A DNA stretch of 63,122 nucleotides, filler included, from Octopus bimaculoides (Eukaryota): NCBI RefSeq assembly GCF_001194135.2. It is 8 parts of 8 records of this genome, joined end to end, with 100 filler letters (N's around TTAATTAATTAA, not from the genome) between each part and the next. Parts side by side here need not be neighbours in the genome. Positions count along the whole stretch, not along the records: positions 51,588 to 55,753 come from NC_069007.1; positions 55,854 to 59,415 come from NC_068996.1; positions 59,516 to 63,122 come from NC_068994.1; 5 more parts are not named here. One strand, 5' to 3'. Positions 51,930 to 63,122 of this stretch are shown here, in pieces (within the stretch, counting starts at the first letter, position 1; each line of letters opens with the position of its first letter). The notes beneath the pieces are model-generated. The model made no database searches, had not been told where the DNA came from, and saw only the letters and a list, made by a program, of their open reading frames with translations. The position numbers and the translations under genes were made by a program.

Positions 51930-52458
51930 TTTTTCGATTTAGTGTTGTTATTCGAACTGAAATTTATATTGTTATTACCGTTATAACGTGTTTTCATGTC
52001 CTGATTAATGGAGGTAGAGTTTATAGCAATAGGGTTAACATAGGTAATTCTTTCTTTATAGCCTGCTTTAAGTATGGCAGAGTTATAAAATTCGGCTTTA
52101 TCGTTGAAGATATCAACATTAGCAACTAATTCAGAAAGTCTAAGTGAAATATGTCTAACTAATAGCCTTCGAATGATTACTGAAAGAGCTAATGTATTTT
52201 AAATTAGTTGCGGGTTTATGGTATGGGAAATATGAATCATTATATAAATTAAGGGTAATGTCCAAAAAGTTGGCTTTAGTTATGTCATCGTCGAAAATAA
52301 TGTTTAAACCCATGCTTCGGAAAAATTTAACCAACCAATTTGTAACCTTTTGTAATTTTTGGTTAGAAACATTTTGAAGATTGAGTAGGTCATCATCACG
52401 ATATAAACCTCCATTGATGTTTGGGAAGTGGTCAGCTGACCACTTCCCAAACATCAAT
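51930..52458 (-). mobile_element. PLE RT C-terminal fragment (GLYRDD type)
   Basis: ORF 52155-52463 GGLYRDDDLL...ANFLDITLNL...PYHKP...SNH. Confidence 0.82.
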
Positions 52459-53524
52459 AACAAATGTTGGCAACAAGAGAGAAGCTGTGAGTATCAACGG
52501 GAGAACATGTATTCCTTTCACCAGTTAACATCCATAGGCTGACAGCCGTTTCGAGGCCAACAGAAATAACTTATTTTAGTGTATAATAAAATTAATCTAC
52601 ATGTCTGCATATTACTCTACATTAGGCTCTTAGGTATTGCTTTACTTTCTGGTATGTAACTGGATCCACTAAAAGATTCGATAGATCTCCAGGGGATCAT
52701 TTAACGACAATGTAAACTTCATTTGATTAACCCATCACCTACCAGTGATCTCATATGAGATCACTTAAAAATTACAAATTTCGTAATTATCTGTCAATAT
52801 TTACACATATCTAACCCTTTTGCTATATCTACTAGGTATATTTCTCTGACATTCAAATGAGGTTTGCTAATTTTTCACCCAAAATCTCGCTTATTTCTAT
52901 TTAAAATGTTATTTTGATCATTCCAGCGTGTTTCTAAGGCTGTTTTATGCTAGAAATCAAAGTTTCATAAAAAAATTCCAGTTAATAGAATTATGGGAGG
53001 TAATGGGTTAAGGTATCTTTGGCCTGACAAGTAGCAAGCGGATTACCCATCGTTTGGATAATTACCACTTCCGAGGTTCTGCAAGCTATGAAACATATAT
53101 AGCCAGGATTTTATCTGCTCCATTCCATAAACTTGAATTTCTATTCGCGTACACAGCAACTCCGGCTGCTAACCGGAAGCTATAAAACAGTTTTTTTCAG
53201 CTTATCGAACTTCGATAGGGAAAAAAATTTACCAAGCTTACTAACTTCCTACACTTTGACCTTTTGCACCCCACCACACACACACATATCTTTCATCTTT
53301 TATCTTTTACTTGTTTCAGTTGTTAGATTGCGGCAATGCTGGGGCACTGCCTTTGTGTGTGCGCGCGCACGGGCGTGTGTGTGTGTGTGTGTATCTTTGT
53401 GTTTGCCTGTTTGTCCTCACCACCATTATTTTATATCCAGTCTTGGCTTATTTGCGCCCCTGAAACTAGGGGTTCGGCTGAAGGCCACTGATATAAATAC
53501 CACGCTTTAAAAAGAAAACTCTTA

Positions 53525-53907
53525 GAGGAGTGGCTGTGTGGTAAGTAGCTTGCTTACCAACCACATGGTCCCGGGTTCAGTCCCACAGCGTGGCATCTTG
53601 AGCAAGTGTCTTCTACTATAGCCTCGAGCCGACCAAAGCCTTGTGAGTGGATTTGGTAGACGGAAACTGAAAGAAGCCCGTCGTATATATGTATGTATAT
53701 GTGTTTGTGTGTCTGTGTTTCTCCCCCAACCATCGCTTGACAACCGATGGTGGTGTGTTTACGTCCCTATAACTTAGCGGTTCGGCAAAAGATACCGATA
53801 GAATAAATACTAGTCTTACAAAGAATAAGTCGTGGGGTCGATTTGCTCGACTAAAAGGCGGTGCTCCAGCATGGCCGCAGTCAAATGACTGAAACAAGTA
53901 AAAGAGT
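53525..53907 (+). mobile_element. SINE family A, full length, low divergence
   Basis: ggagtggctgtgtggtaagtagcttgcttaccaaccacatgg...gactgaaacaagtaaaagagt. Confidence 0.93.
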
Positions 53908-53990
53908 ATACCTCTCCTCCTCCTTCTACTACTACTACTACAACCACTACCACTAACACTGCCACCTCTCCTGGGACTGCTACCCTCACA

Positions 53991-54060
<70 letters not shown>

Positions 54061-54388
54061 NNNNNNNNNNNNNNNNNNNNNNNNNNNNNNNNNNNNNNNN
54101 NNNNNNNNNNNNNNNNNNNNNNNNNNNNNNNNNNNNNNNNNNNNNNNNNNNNNNNNNNNNNNNNNNNNNNNNNNNNNNNNNNNNNNNNNNNNNNNNNNNN
54201 NNNNNNNNNNNNNNNNNNNNNNNNNNNNNNNNNNNNNNNNNNNNNNNNNNNNNNNNNNNNNNNNNNNNNNNNNNNNNNNNNNNNNNNNNNNNNNNNNNNN
54301 NNNNNNNNNNNNNNNNNNNNTGGTAGAGGTGGTGATGATAGCGTTGTTATGGTTGTGATGTACTTGTTGCTGTTGTTGGTGATTGTGG

Positions 54389-54419
<31 letters not shown>

Positions 54420-54458
54420 GCTGCTGGCGGCGCCAGTGGTTTGCTATTGTCTCTTCCT

Positions 54459-54868
54459 ATTGCAATGCTATTACCAGTCCGAATATACTTCAGGCACGTT
54501 CGATCTAGGGAACAAGCTTCTCACTGTCTTATGTCATGGAGAATATATCTCGCTTGTTGACAAAAAGTGAATATACACCTAGATCAGCTCGCAGCGCCAT
54601 CTACCAAGACTGTGAGATGCTAGCATTTCGGAGTAGTTATCGCCTCATCAGCTACAGCCACTAAGCTGACGGCATTGCGCCTTGAATTAGGAGATTACCT
54701 CCCTTATGCTTTTCCAGTCACCATACAGTGACTGGCAGCGCTATACGGCAGATCACCTTAAGTAAATTACGGAAGGGGGGAACTAAGCAGTGATAAGTGA
54801 AATTGCAATGTTATTATCAGTCCGAAGATACTTGAGGCAGGTTCGAACTGGGCAACAGCTTGTTCTCT
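54459..54868 (-). mobile_element. Candidate non-LTR retrozyme (343-bp period direct repeat enclosing one hammerhead)
   Basis: 54459-54522 repeats at 54802-54867 (5 mismatches in the first 45 nt); hammerhead at 54608-54659; no coding signal. Confidence 0.55.
54608..54659 (-). ncRNA. Minimal type I hammerhead ribozyme, intact core
   Basis: GGCUGUAG-CUGAUGA-GGCG auaacua CUCC-GAA-AUGCUAGCAU-C-UCACAGUC; 10-nt palindromic stem III, AUC triplet, 7 of 8 stem I pairs. Confidence 0.8.
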
Positions 54869-54992
54869 TATTCCTGGTTCCGGTCACGCCGATGGTTTTG
54901 TAGCTAGTATGTTACTGTTGTTGATGCTGCTGTCGTTATAGTTGTTACTGCTGTTGTTGTTTTTATTGTTAGTTTTATTGTTTTTGTTTTGG

Positions 54993-55325
54993 TGGTGCAT
55001 GGCTCAGTGGTTAGAGCGTCAGGCTCATAACCATGAGGTAATGATTTCAATTCCCAGACCAGACTGTGCGTTGTGTTCTTGAGCAAGACACTTTATTTCA
55101 CGATCATCTAGTCCACTCTGCTGTAGAAATGAGTTGTGACGTCACTGGTTCCAAGCTGTATTGACCTTTGCCTTTCTCTTGGATAACATCGGTGGCATGG
55201 AGAGAAGGGAGGCTGGTATGCTTGGGCGACTGCTGGTCTTCTATAAACAACCTTGTCCGGACTTGTGCCTCGGAGGGTAATTTTCTAGGTGCAATCCCAT
55301 GGTCATTCAAGGCTGAAGAGTGTCT
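54993..55325 (+). mobile_element. SINE family C, full length
   Basis: ggtgcatggctcagtggttagagcg...gtgttcttgagcaagacactttatttcac. Confidence 0.9.
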
Positions 55326-55335
55326 TTATATATAC

Positions 55336-55455
55336 TTATTCTTTGTAAGCCTAGTATTTATTCTATCGGTATCTTTTGCCGAACCGCTAGTTATAGGGAC
55401 GTAACCATACCAGCATCGGTTGTCAAGCGATGGTGGGGGTACAAACACAGACACA

Positions 55456-55497
<42 letters not shown>

Positions 55498-55675
55498 CAT
55501 ATACATATATATTACGGGCTTCTTTCAGTTTCCGTCAACCAAATCCATTCACAAGGCTTTGATCGGCCCAAGGTTATAGTAGAAGACACTTGCCCAAGAT
55601 GCCACGCAGTGGGACTGAACCCGGAACCATGTAGTTGGTAAGCAAGCTACTTACCATACAGCCACTCCAACGCCT
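55336..55675 (-). mobile_element. SINE family A, tail-truncated
   Basis: Head at 55675, central (CA)n. Confidence 0.88.
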
Positions 55676-56538
55676 ATGTTATCAAAACTTTTAAAATTTG
55701 GCACATTAATATACTTTTCAAGCTGAATTGCTGGAGTTATTTCACTCTTTCCANNNNNNNNNNNNNNNNNNNNNNNNNNNNNNNNNNNNNNNNNNNNTTA
55801 ATTAATTAANNNNNNNNNNNNNNNNNNNNNNNNNNNNNNNNNNNNNNNNNNNNATATATATATATATATATATATACAAGAGAGAGAGTATGTGTGTATA
55901 TATGTTTACATTTGTCCCCCACTATCACTTGACAACTAGTGTTGGTTTATTTACATTCCCATAACTTAGTAGTTCATCCAAAATGACTGATAGAATAAAT
56001 ACCAGAGTTTAAAAAAAAGGTACTGGGGCCAGTTCATTCAACTAAAATCTTTCAAGTCAATGCCCCAGCATGGCCACATTCCAAATTACTGAAGCAAATG
56101 AATAATATGTTACGCTTAAATTGATAAAAGATGTTCATGATGAAATCTCACTTGGATAGCATTGGTAAAACTGAGGCATGGATAGCAAAACATTTGCCTG
56201 AAATGGTAGCATGTGGGTTTAAATCTAGATACAGTTGCTCGAATTTTCTTAACAATATAATACAGATGAAACATTAAGAGGAAGACATAGACAGACAGAT
56301 AGATAGATGGATAGATGGGTAGACAGATATACTGATAGAAGAATTGAAGGATAGGCTGTTAGAAAGGGGAATAGATGGATAGATGGGTAAATGTATAGAT
56401 GGATAGATGGATGGATAGTTAGACACAGCTAGAGAGAGGGACTGATAGATAGACAGACAGATAGACAGAGAGGCAAACAGGTAGATAAGCAGACTGGTGG
56501 GCAGATGGACTGACAGGCAGACAGACAAGCAGAGAGAT

Positions 56539-56578
<40 letters not shown>

Positions 56579-56883
56579 GGAGAGAGAGTGAGCGAGAGAG
56601 AAAGAGAAACAAAGAGAATGAAATAGGAGAGAGAGAGANNNNNNNNNNNNNNNNNNNNNNNNNNNNNNNNNNNNNNNNNNNNNNNNNNNNNNNNNNNNNN
56701 NNNNNNNNNNNNNNNNNNNNNNNNNNNNNNNNNNNNNNNNNNNNNNNNNNNNNNNNNNNNNNNNNNNNNNNNNNNNNNNNNNNNNNNNNNNNNNNNNNNN
56801 NNNNNNNNNNNNNNNNNNNNNNNNNNNNNNNNNNNNNNNNNNNNNNNNNNNNNNNNNNNNNNNNNNNNNNNNNNNNNNNNNNN

Positions 56884-56914
<31 letters not shown>

Positions 56915-57119
56915 GTCTATCTGTTTGTCTGTCTGTCAGTGTCTCTCTCTCTCTCCCCTCTCTCCCCCATCTCCCCCTTTCTCCCCTCTCTATCTCCCCT
57001 CTCCCTCTCTCTCCCCCTCTCCCCTCCCCTCTCTCCCCTCTCTCTCTATATATATTTAATCTGTCTTTCAGTTCTGAGTCCAGATTCCATCATGTGTGTG
57101 TGTGTGAGTGTGTGTGTGT

Positions 57120-57335
57120 GTGTGTTTGTGTTTGCATTTGTTCTCCACAATTGCTTGATAACCAGTATTTTTTTGTCTTCACCCTGTAACTTAGTGGTTT
57201 GGCAAAAAGAGACCAGAAGAAAGAGTACTAGGCTTTAAAAAAAATAAGAACTGGGGTCAGCTCATTTGACTAAAAACATCAAAGCTGGTGCTCCAGCATG
57301 GTCACTGCCCAGTAACTGAAACAAGTAAAAGATGA
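57120..57335 (+). mobile_element. SINE family A-like tail, diverged; similar piece at 55895-56100
   Basis: ggtgctccagcatgg...actgaaacaagtaaaaga. Confidence 0.7.
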
Positions 57336-57436
57336 AACATGGTGAGTTAAATGAATGGTTACCTTTAAAAAAAAAGGGTCTTTTAAACTATCGAAGCTTG
57401 ATATAACTATACAAGAGAGTTTGGGGAGCACAATGT

Positions 57437-57648
57437 TTAACCCTTTAGCATTTAAACGGGCCATATCTGGCCCAAATATTCTATCTGTTTTATGTGCAAA
57501 TCTGCCAGGTTTGACCTCTCTCACCAAGCCTATAATGTCATTCTAAGAATAAACAATTACTCCAGCGAAATCTCAAATCTATGCGATAAATCATTTAATT
57601 TGAAAGAATGTAAATAAATAAGAGTAATCTGAATGCTAAATGGTTATA
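57437..57648. mobile_element. piggyBac-like MITE
   Basis: Starts TTAA-CCCTTTAGCATT and ends AATGCTAAATGG-TTAT (imperfect TIR, TTAA-type site). Confidence 0.7.
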
Positions 57649-57676
57649 TATATATACATACAAATATATATGTATC

Positions 57677-58012
57677 CTTTTAGCCTTTAACCTGGCTAGA
57701 TTTGGCCTCTCTCACCAAACCTACAATGTCATTCGAACAATAGTCAATCACATCATTGAAATCTCAAAGCTATGAGATAATGTGTGATTAATTGAAAACA
57801 ATGTGAATAAATAAGGATTTACATCTGACAGAGTAATCATCATCATCATCATTGTTTAACGTCCGCTTTCCATGCTAGCATGGGTTGGACGATTTGACTG
57901 AGGACTGGTGAAACCGGATGGCAACACCAGGCTCCAATCTAAATTTGGCAGAGTTTCTACAGCTGGATGCCCTTCCTAACGCCAACCACTCAGAGAATGC
58001 CAAAGTGTTAAG
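57677..58012. mobile_element. Second MITE copy carrying an RTE 3' insertion (57839-57990, minus)
   Basis: MITE sequence breaks at gacagagtaatc, the RTE tail catcatcattgtttaacgtccgctttccatgctagc follows, and the MITE resumes agaatgccaaagtgttaa. Confidence 0.72.
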
Positions 58013-58263
58013 GTAATTCATTCAAAGTCAGAAGACTGTGATCTCAACTCCTGGACTGGGCAGTGTATGTTCTTGAGGAACACACTTCTCATATTGTTCT
58101 GCGGTCACTTCAACACTGATGTGTAGTAGACCATATTGAGTTGATGGAGGTGAGTGAGCTTATGTACAGTACAAACATTTGATCACTATAAGCAGATCAT
58201 TGTGCAGGTTATTCAATAAAGAGGTGTGGAAACCTCATCAGTTATCTATGACAGCAGAGCCCA

Positions 58264-58307
<44 letters not shown>

Positions 58308-58365
58308 ATTTGGGGATGGTCATGTTGCCAGTTTAGCCAATAAAAACACACGCACTGTATATTTG

Positions 58366-58574
58366 GTGTTAATTTGCTTCAGCTTTATATTACATTACAT
58401 TAATCTTATTTTGGCCAGTTCTTTCGTCACACTTCTGTGACCTCATCAGTGGTCCTTTGCTTTCTTCTTTCTTATATGTGTGTCCCTCCTAAAGAGGTCA
58501 CAGAAGTGTGATGAAAGAACTCTGGCTGAAATATGATTAATGTAATGTAATATAAAGCTGAAGCAAATTAACAC
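58366..58574. repeat. About 80-bp inverted repeat, right arm cut by gap
   Basis: 58366-58444 versus reverse complement of 58494-58574. Confidence 0.9.
58413..58452 (-). ncRNA. Hammerhead-like motif: intact core, 2-nt loss at the cleavage site; mirror copy at 58489-58525 (+)
   Basis: CCA-CUGAUGA-G-GUCAC agaagu GUGAC-GAA-AGAACU-GG; mirror has CUAAAGA...GAA-AGAACU-C-UGG. Confidence 0.65.
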
Positions 58575-59142
58575 NNNNNNNNNNNNNNNNNNNNNNNNNN
58601 NNNNNNNNNNNNNNNNNNNNNNNNNNNNNNNNNNNNNNNNNNNNNNNNNNNNNNNNNNNNNNNNNNNNNNNNNNNNNNNNNNNNNNNNNNNNNNNNNNNN
58701 NNNNNNNNNNNNNNNNNNNNNNNNNNNNNNNNNNNNNNNNNNNNNNNNNNNNNNNNNNNNNNNNNNNNNNNNNNNNNNNNNNNNNNNNNNNNNNNNNNNN
58801 NNNNNNNNNNNNNNNNNNNNNNNNNNNNNNNNNNNNNNNNNNNNNNNNNNNNNNNNNNNNNNNNNNNNNNNNNNNNNNNNNNNNNNNNNNNNNNNNNNNN
58901 NNNNNNNNNNNNNNNNNNNNNNNNNNNNNNNNNNNNNNNNNNNNNNNNNNNNNNNNNNNNNNNNNNNNNNNNNNNNNNNNNNNNNNNNNNNNNNNNNNNN
59001 NNNNNNNNNNNNNNNNNNNNNNNNNNNNNNNNNNNNNNNNNNNNNNNNNNNNNNNNNNNNNNNNNNNNNNNNNNNNNNNNNNNNNNNNNNNNNNNNNNNN
59101 NNNNNNNNNNNNNNNNNNNNNNNNNNNATATATATATATATA

Positions 59143-59308
59143 TGACAGGCTTCTTTCAGCTTCCATTTACCAAATTCACTCACTAGGCTTTGGCCAGTCT
59201 GAGACTATAGTAGAAGATACTTGTCCAAGGTACCATGTAGTGGGACTGAACCTGGAACCATGTGATTGGTAAGCAAGCTACTTATCACACAGTCACTCCT
59301 GCACCTAC
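59143..59308 (-). mobile_element. SINE family A, head
   Basis: Matches the other heads. Confidence 0.85.
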
Positions 59309-59868
59309 ATATATATGTATATATATATGTATGTAAATAAATATATATGTATGTATATATATATATATGTATGTATATATGCATGTATGTATTTATACAT
59401 ATTTATATATTCATANNNNNNNNNNNNNNNNNNNNNNNNNNNNNNNNNNNNNNNNNNNNTTAATTAATTAANNNNNNNNNNNNNNNNNNNNNNNNNNNNN
59501 NNNNNNNNNNNNNNNTATATATAAATATATATATATATACATATGTATATATGTATGTATATATGTATGTATATGATGGGTGAGACCCTACTATTCTTAC
59601 TGTATCTGGTCGTAAAGTTGTGATTTAATCTGCTGCTAATATCAACAATGCTATCAGGTTTATCCTGTGACATTGCAATGTTTAAGGTAACTGGGTGCAG
59701 GAGTTTATGGCGGAGATAAAGTTGCATTTGATGCTGGGATTTAAGTATGTAGACATAAGCGTCTGTTTTTAATCCTTTACAAACACACACCTACAGAAAC
59801 ACACATACACACACACTCTCATGCACGCAAATACACACAAACGCTAACACACACACACGCACACACAC

Positions 59869-59906
<38 letters not shown>

Positions 59907-59997
59907 ATGCCTGGATGCGAACATATGACGGTTAACGACAGCAAAGAGACGTGCTTCTTTCGTATATGTTTGTATGTGTGAGTGTGTGTATATATGT

Positions 59998-60048
<51 letters not shown>

Positions 60049-60254
60049 TAGTTATCTAGCTATCTGATTATCTGTTTTGTTTGATAGATATTGATAAGTA
60101 CATATTATTCATATTATGTATGCATATATGTAGACTTATATATATACATATAGATCCTTATACAACAATGTGAATAATATATTACACAGTATCTTTCGTA
60201 TTCTCTCTCTCTCTGTGTCTATCTCCCACGCAAAAGCACATATATATACATACA

Positions 60255-60316
<62 letters not shown>

Positions 60317-60728
60317 TATTTATTTATATATACATATGTAGACAGTTTTCATATATACATAAATATATATATATATATATATACGTATATACATATATAT
60401 ATATACACATACATATATATACATATACATACATAGGTACATATACATATGTATACATGCATATCACATACACACACATATAACTACATAAGCTTGTGCG
60501 TACATTTATATGCTTATTTTTTCAGTCTGACAGTGACTTCAAAGTTTCTCCGCTTGAGGTTTTTCAAACTGTACTGAGAAAAACCGAAGACTTAAGATTA
60601 AGGATTGGTGAGGTCGGTGACAGATGATAAACCTGAAGTAAGAAAGCAAAGAATCATGAATACTGAAAAGAAATTGACAAAGATGATTTTATGTTAAATT
60701 ATGTTAAATATATAATACAGGGAAGAGA

Positions 60729-61490
60729 CTAGCTGAATTACCCGGCGTTGTCCGGCTTACTGCTGCTCTTATTCAGATTGGTACACAATAAATATGAAGA
60801 TATATTTTTTCCTCATAATTATTTCAAAAAATCTATATTTTATTAAAGAATATCCAGATTGTAATGATAAAAGAATTTAGAACTGAAAGTCTGTGAATCT
60901 TGGAGCACTTCAGGGTAAACAATATTCGTTGTGTAATTTTTTGTTGGTGTGAAAATGAATAAATTGTTGCGGCTTCCAACTCGTGAGCAATTAGCATAAA
61001 ATTGGCCGTAGGAGAAGCATCTAGTAGATGGATGAAGTCCAACTACCTTGAGGGACTGACCCTGAGATTTGTTAATTGAAATACCAAAACTTAGTTTGAC
61101 TGGAAACTGAAGTCTCTTAAATTCAAATGGAACATCTGTAGGTATGAAAGGAAATTTTGCAATAAAGACATTTTATTCTTTGCGACTACCTGTTGTGATT
61201 ATTGCCTGTAGGACATGGCGCTTCATGGAAGGAGCAATTAAGTAAGTTCCATTACACAGGTGAGGTGGGTCAAATTATGTGATGGTATCACACTGGGTTT
61301 AATTGTGTTCAGAAACTCAACAGGGCATTGAGCAGCCTGATCATGATCGACTGTTGTGTGAATTGATTGAAAAAGTTATTTCTGATGTAACTGTTAGCTT
61401 CTGAAGAAGTTCATGATAGAGTTTCCATTTCATTAGCTGGAGCCAATATAGCTCTTTAAAAGCCAGTTTACATCAGTGTAATTAACAATC
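60729..61490 (-). mobile_element. Helitron 3' fragment with PIF1-helicase C-terminus
   Basis: Frame FIPTDVPFEFKRLQFPVKLSFGISINKSQGQSLKVVGL...CFSYGQFYANCSRVGS...TNIVYPEVL; gccggacaacgccggg hairpin then CTAG|T at 60729. Missed by the ORF track. Confidence 0.9.
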
Positions 61491-61515
61491 ACGCATTCAC
61501 TGACACACACATACA

Positions 61516-61584
<69 letters not shown>

Positions 61585-62359
61585 NNNNNNNNNNNNNNNN
61601 NNNNNNNNNNNNNNNNNNNNNNNNNNNNNNNNNNNNNNNNNNNNNNNNNNNNNNNNNNNNNNNNNNNNNNNNNNNNNNNNNNNNNNNNNNNNNNNNNNNN
61701 NNNNNNNNNNNNNNNNNNNNNNNNNNNNNNNNNNNNNNNNNNNNNNNNNNNNNNNNNNNNNNNNNNNNNNNNNNNNNNNNNNNNNNNNNNNNNNNNNNNN
61801 NNNNNNNNNNNNNNNNNNNNNNNNNNNNNNNNNNNNNNNNNNNNNNNNNNNNNNNNNNNNNNNNNNNNNNNNNNNNNNNNNNNNNNNNNNNNNNNNNNNN
61901 NNNNNNNNNNNNNNNNNNNNNNNNNNNNNNNNNNNNNNNNNNNNNNNNNNNNNNNNNNNNNNNNNNNNNNNNNNCACATATATATACTAAGACATACACA
62001 CACAGACATGCATTTACGTAACGAACGCGCAAACACACATACTCACAGACATATATGCACTTATATACAAAATAAGACGTCGTCATCGTGATATAAAATG
62101 TCCTTTACTATAGAAAGATTATTTTAGAGCGAATATTATATTGTCTTAAACCAAATGAAAATAAAAATTACATGTTGACACTCGTGGGGTCTAATACTAT
62201 TACCATGTAAAATTTGATTTAATTTGATGGAGCCATTTGAGAATGCATAGGGAACAGACAGACAGATAGACAGGGAGAGAGAGAGACAGACAGAGAAATA
62301 GACAGACAGACAAAGAATTTTATATAGAGAGAGATAAAAGGAATGGAGATTTTATGTGC

Positions 62360-62470
62360 GGTGGGTGGGGTTTCAAACAAAAGAATATGAAAGATATTTT
62401 TATCATGAGGCTGTGGGCAAAATACACGGGGATATGCTTGAAAAGAATGTATGTGGAGTGCTCAGCCATT
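62360..62470 (+). mobile_element. Possible mariner transposase C-terminal remnant
   Basis: FQTKEYERYFYHEAVGKIHGDMLEKNVCG is weakly like the mariner FY..GI.KL..RW.KC end. Confidence 0.3.
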
Positions 62471-62624
62471 TGCGCGTTAATCTCACGAGTAAGATCGTTC
62501 CATTGATCGGATCAACTGGAACTCTTATCGTTGTAACCGACTGAAAGCCAGGTTTATTCGCCATGATAGATCGTTAGTCACTAAACCTTTTTCTTAATTT
62601 TCTCTCCCTGTTTATTTCTGTGTT

Positions 62625-62661
62625 CCTTTCTGTTGAAGAGCGTAGGCCCGAAACGTAAAAG
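62625..62661 (+). ncRNA. Hammerhead-like motif, degenerate core, probably in a PLE-type 3' end (about 62490-62760)
   Basis: CUUU-CUGUUGA-A-GAGC guag GCCC-GAA-ACGU-A-AAAG; palindromic ACGU stem III, A6 replaced by U. Confidence 0.55.
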
Positions 62662-63066
62662 ACTTTCTCACTTTCCGAGCGTTAAACTAATACATCTGTT
62701 TGTTGTTTACATACCCATCTTCGTGATATTTTTTTGTAAATTCCAACTATATGTGTGTGTGTGTATATATACATATATGTTATTACTAACGCAGTTTTGA
62801 CTGTTACCTCTAGTCGTCAGTCAGTTTAGTTACTACGCAGGAAAATAATGCTTTCGCTAATGGCGTTTCTCATGCAATTATTTTTACCTGAATCATGTTT
62901 ATCCAAGCGGAAGCAAAAGTCTAATCGCCCGACTGTGACCTCCAAACAGGCACACACCAATACAGAGTTCAATACGCCAAATTGTGACCGCCAATTTCAT
63001 TATTTGTTCGTTAAACTAGATGCTTCAAAATGCATCTTCTGTGTGTATATATATATATATATGTGC

Positions 63067-63122
<56 letters not shown>

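Noticed and set aside
52530-52562. Minus-strand CGAAACGGCTGTC half-motif (similar GAAACGT halves near 11210 and 38640)
   Set aside because: No CUGANGA box upstream.
53525-53600. tRNA-like sequences at SINE heads
   Set aside because: A/B-box-bearing SINE heads continuing into SINE bodies; no complete cloverleaf, so not called tRNA genes.
54840-54891. Pol III A/B-box-like pair upstream of the hammerhead on the minus strand
   Set aside because: B-like GTTCGAACC is fair but the A box match is poor and the second repeat copy is degenerate; not supportable without transcription data.
57898-57920. CTGAGGA...GAAAC in the RTE tail
   Set aside because: Intervening bases cannot form stem II.

Overview
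AT-rich, gap-ridden draft eukaryotic DNA. The SINE, RTE and microsatellite content points to an octopus genome (inference, not verified). Seven identical 100-bp spacers (44 N + TTAATTAATTAA + 44 N) split the window into eight blocks whose true adjacency is unproven. The only host gene I can support is the last two coding exons of a class 2 (mitochondrial-type) dihydroorotate dehydrogenase, DHODH (49153-49312 and 49962-50022, + strand). Almost every ORF in the supplied track is a microsatellite, gap or transposon artefact. The rest is decayed mobile DNA: three tRNA-derived SINE families, RTE and CR1 LINE fragments, several Penelope-like (PLE) retroelement remnants, Helitron pieces, MITEs and foldbacks. 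The most interesting signal is not in the ORF track: eight loci with minimal type I hammerhead-ribozyme-like motifs, most with (near-)palindromic stem III and of unrelated sequence. Three sit inside or beside inverted repeats. One with an intact core (54608-54659, minus) lies between direct repeats with a 343-bp period, the layout of a non-LTR retrozyme. Also notable: a perfect 26-bp-stem hairpin over the putative branch point of the last DHODH intron, and a probable Helitron starting under 90 bp after the DHODH stop. All alignments and folds were done by eye; repeat boundaries are approximate.
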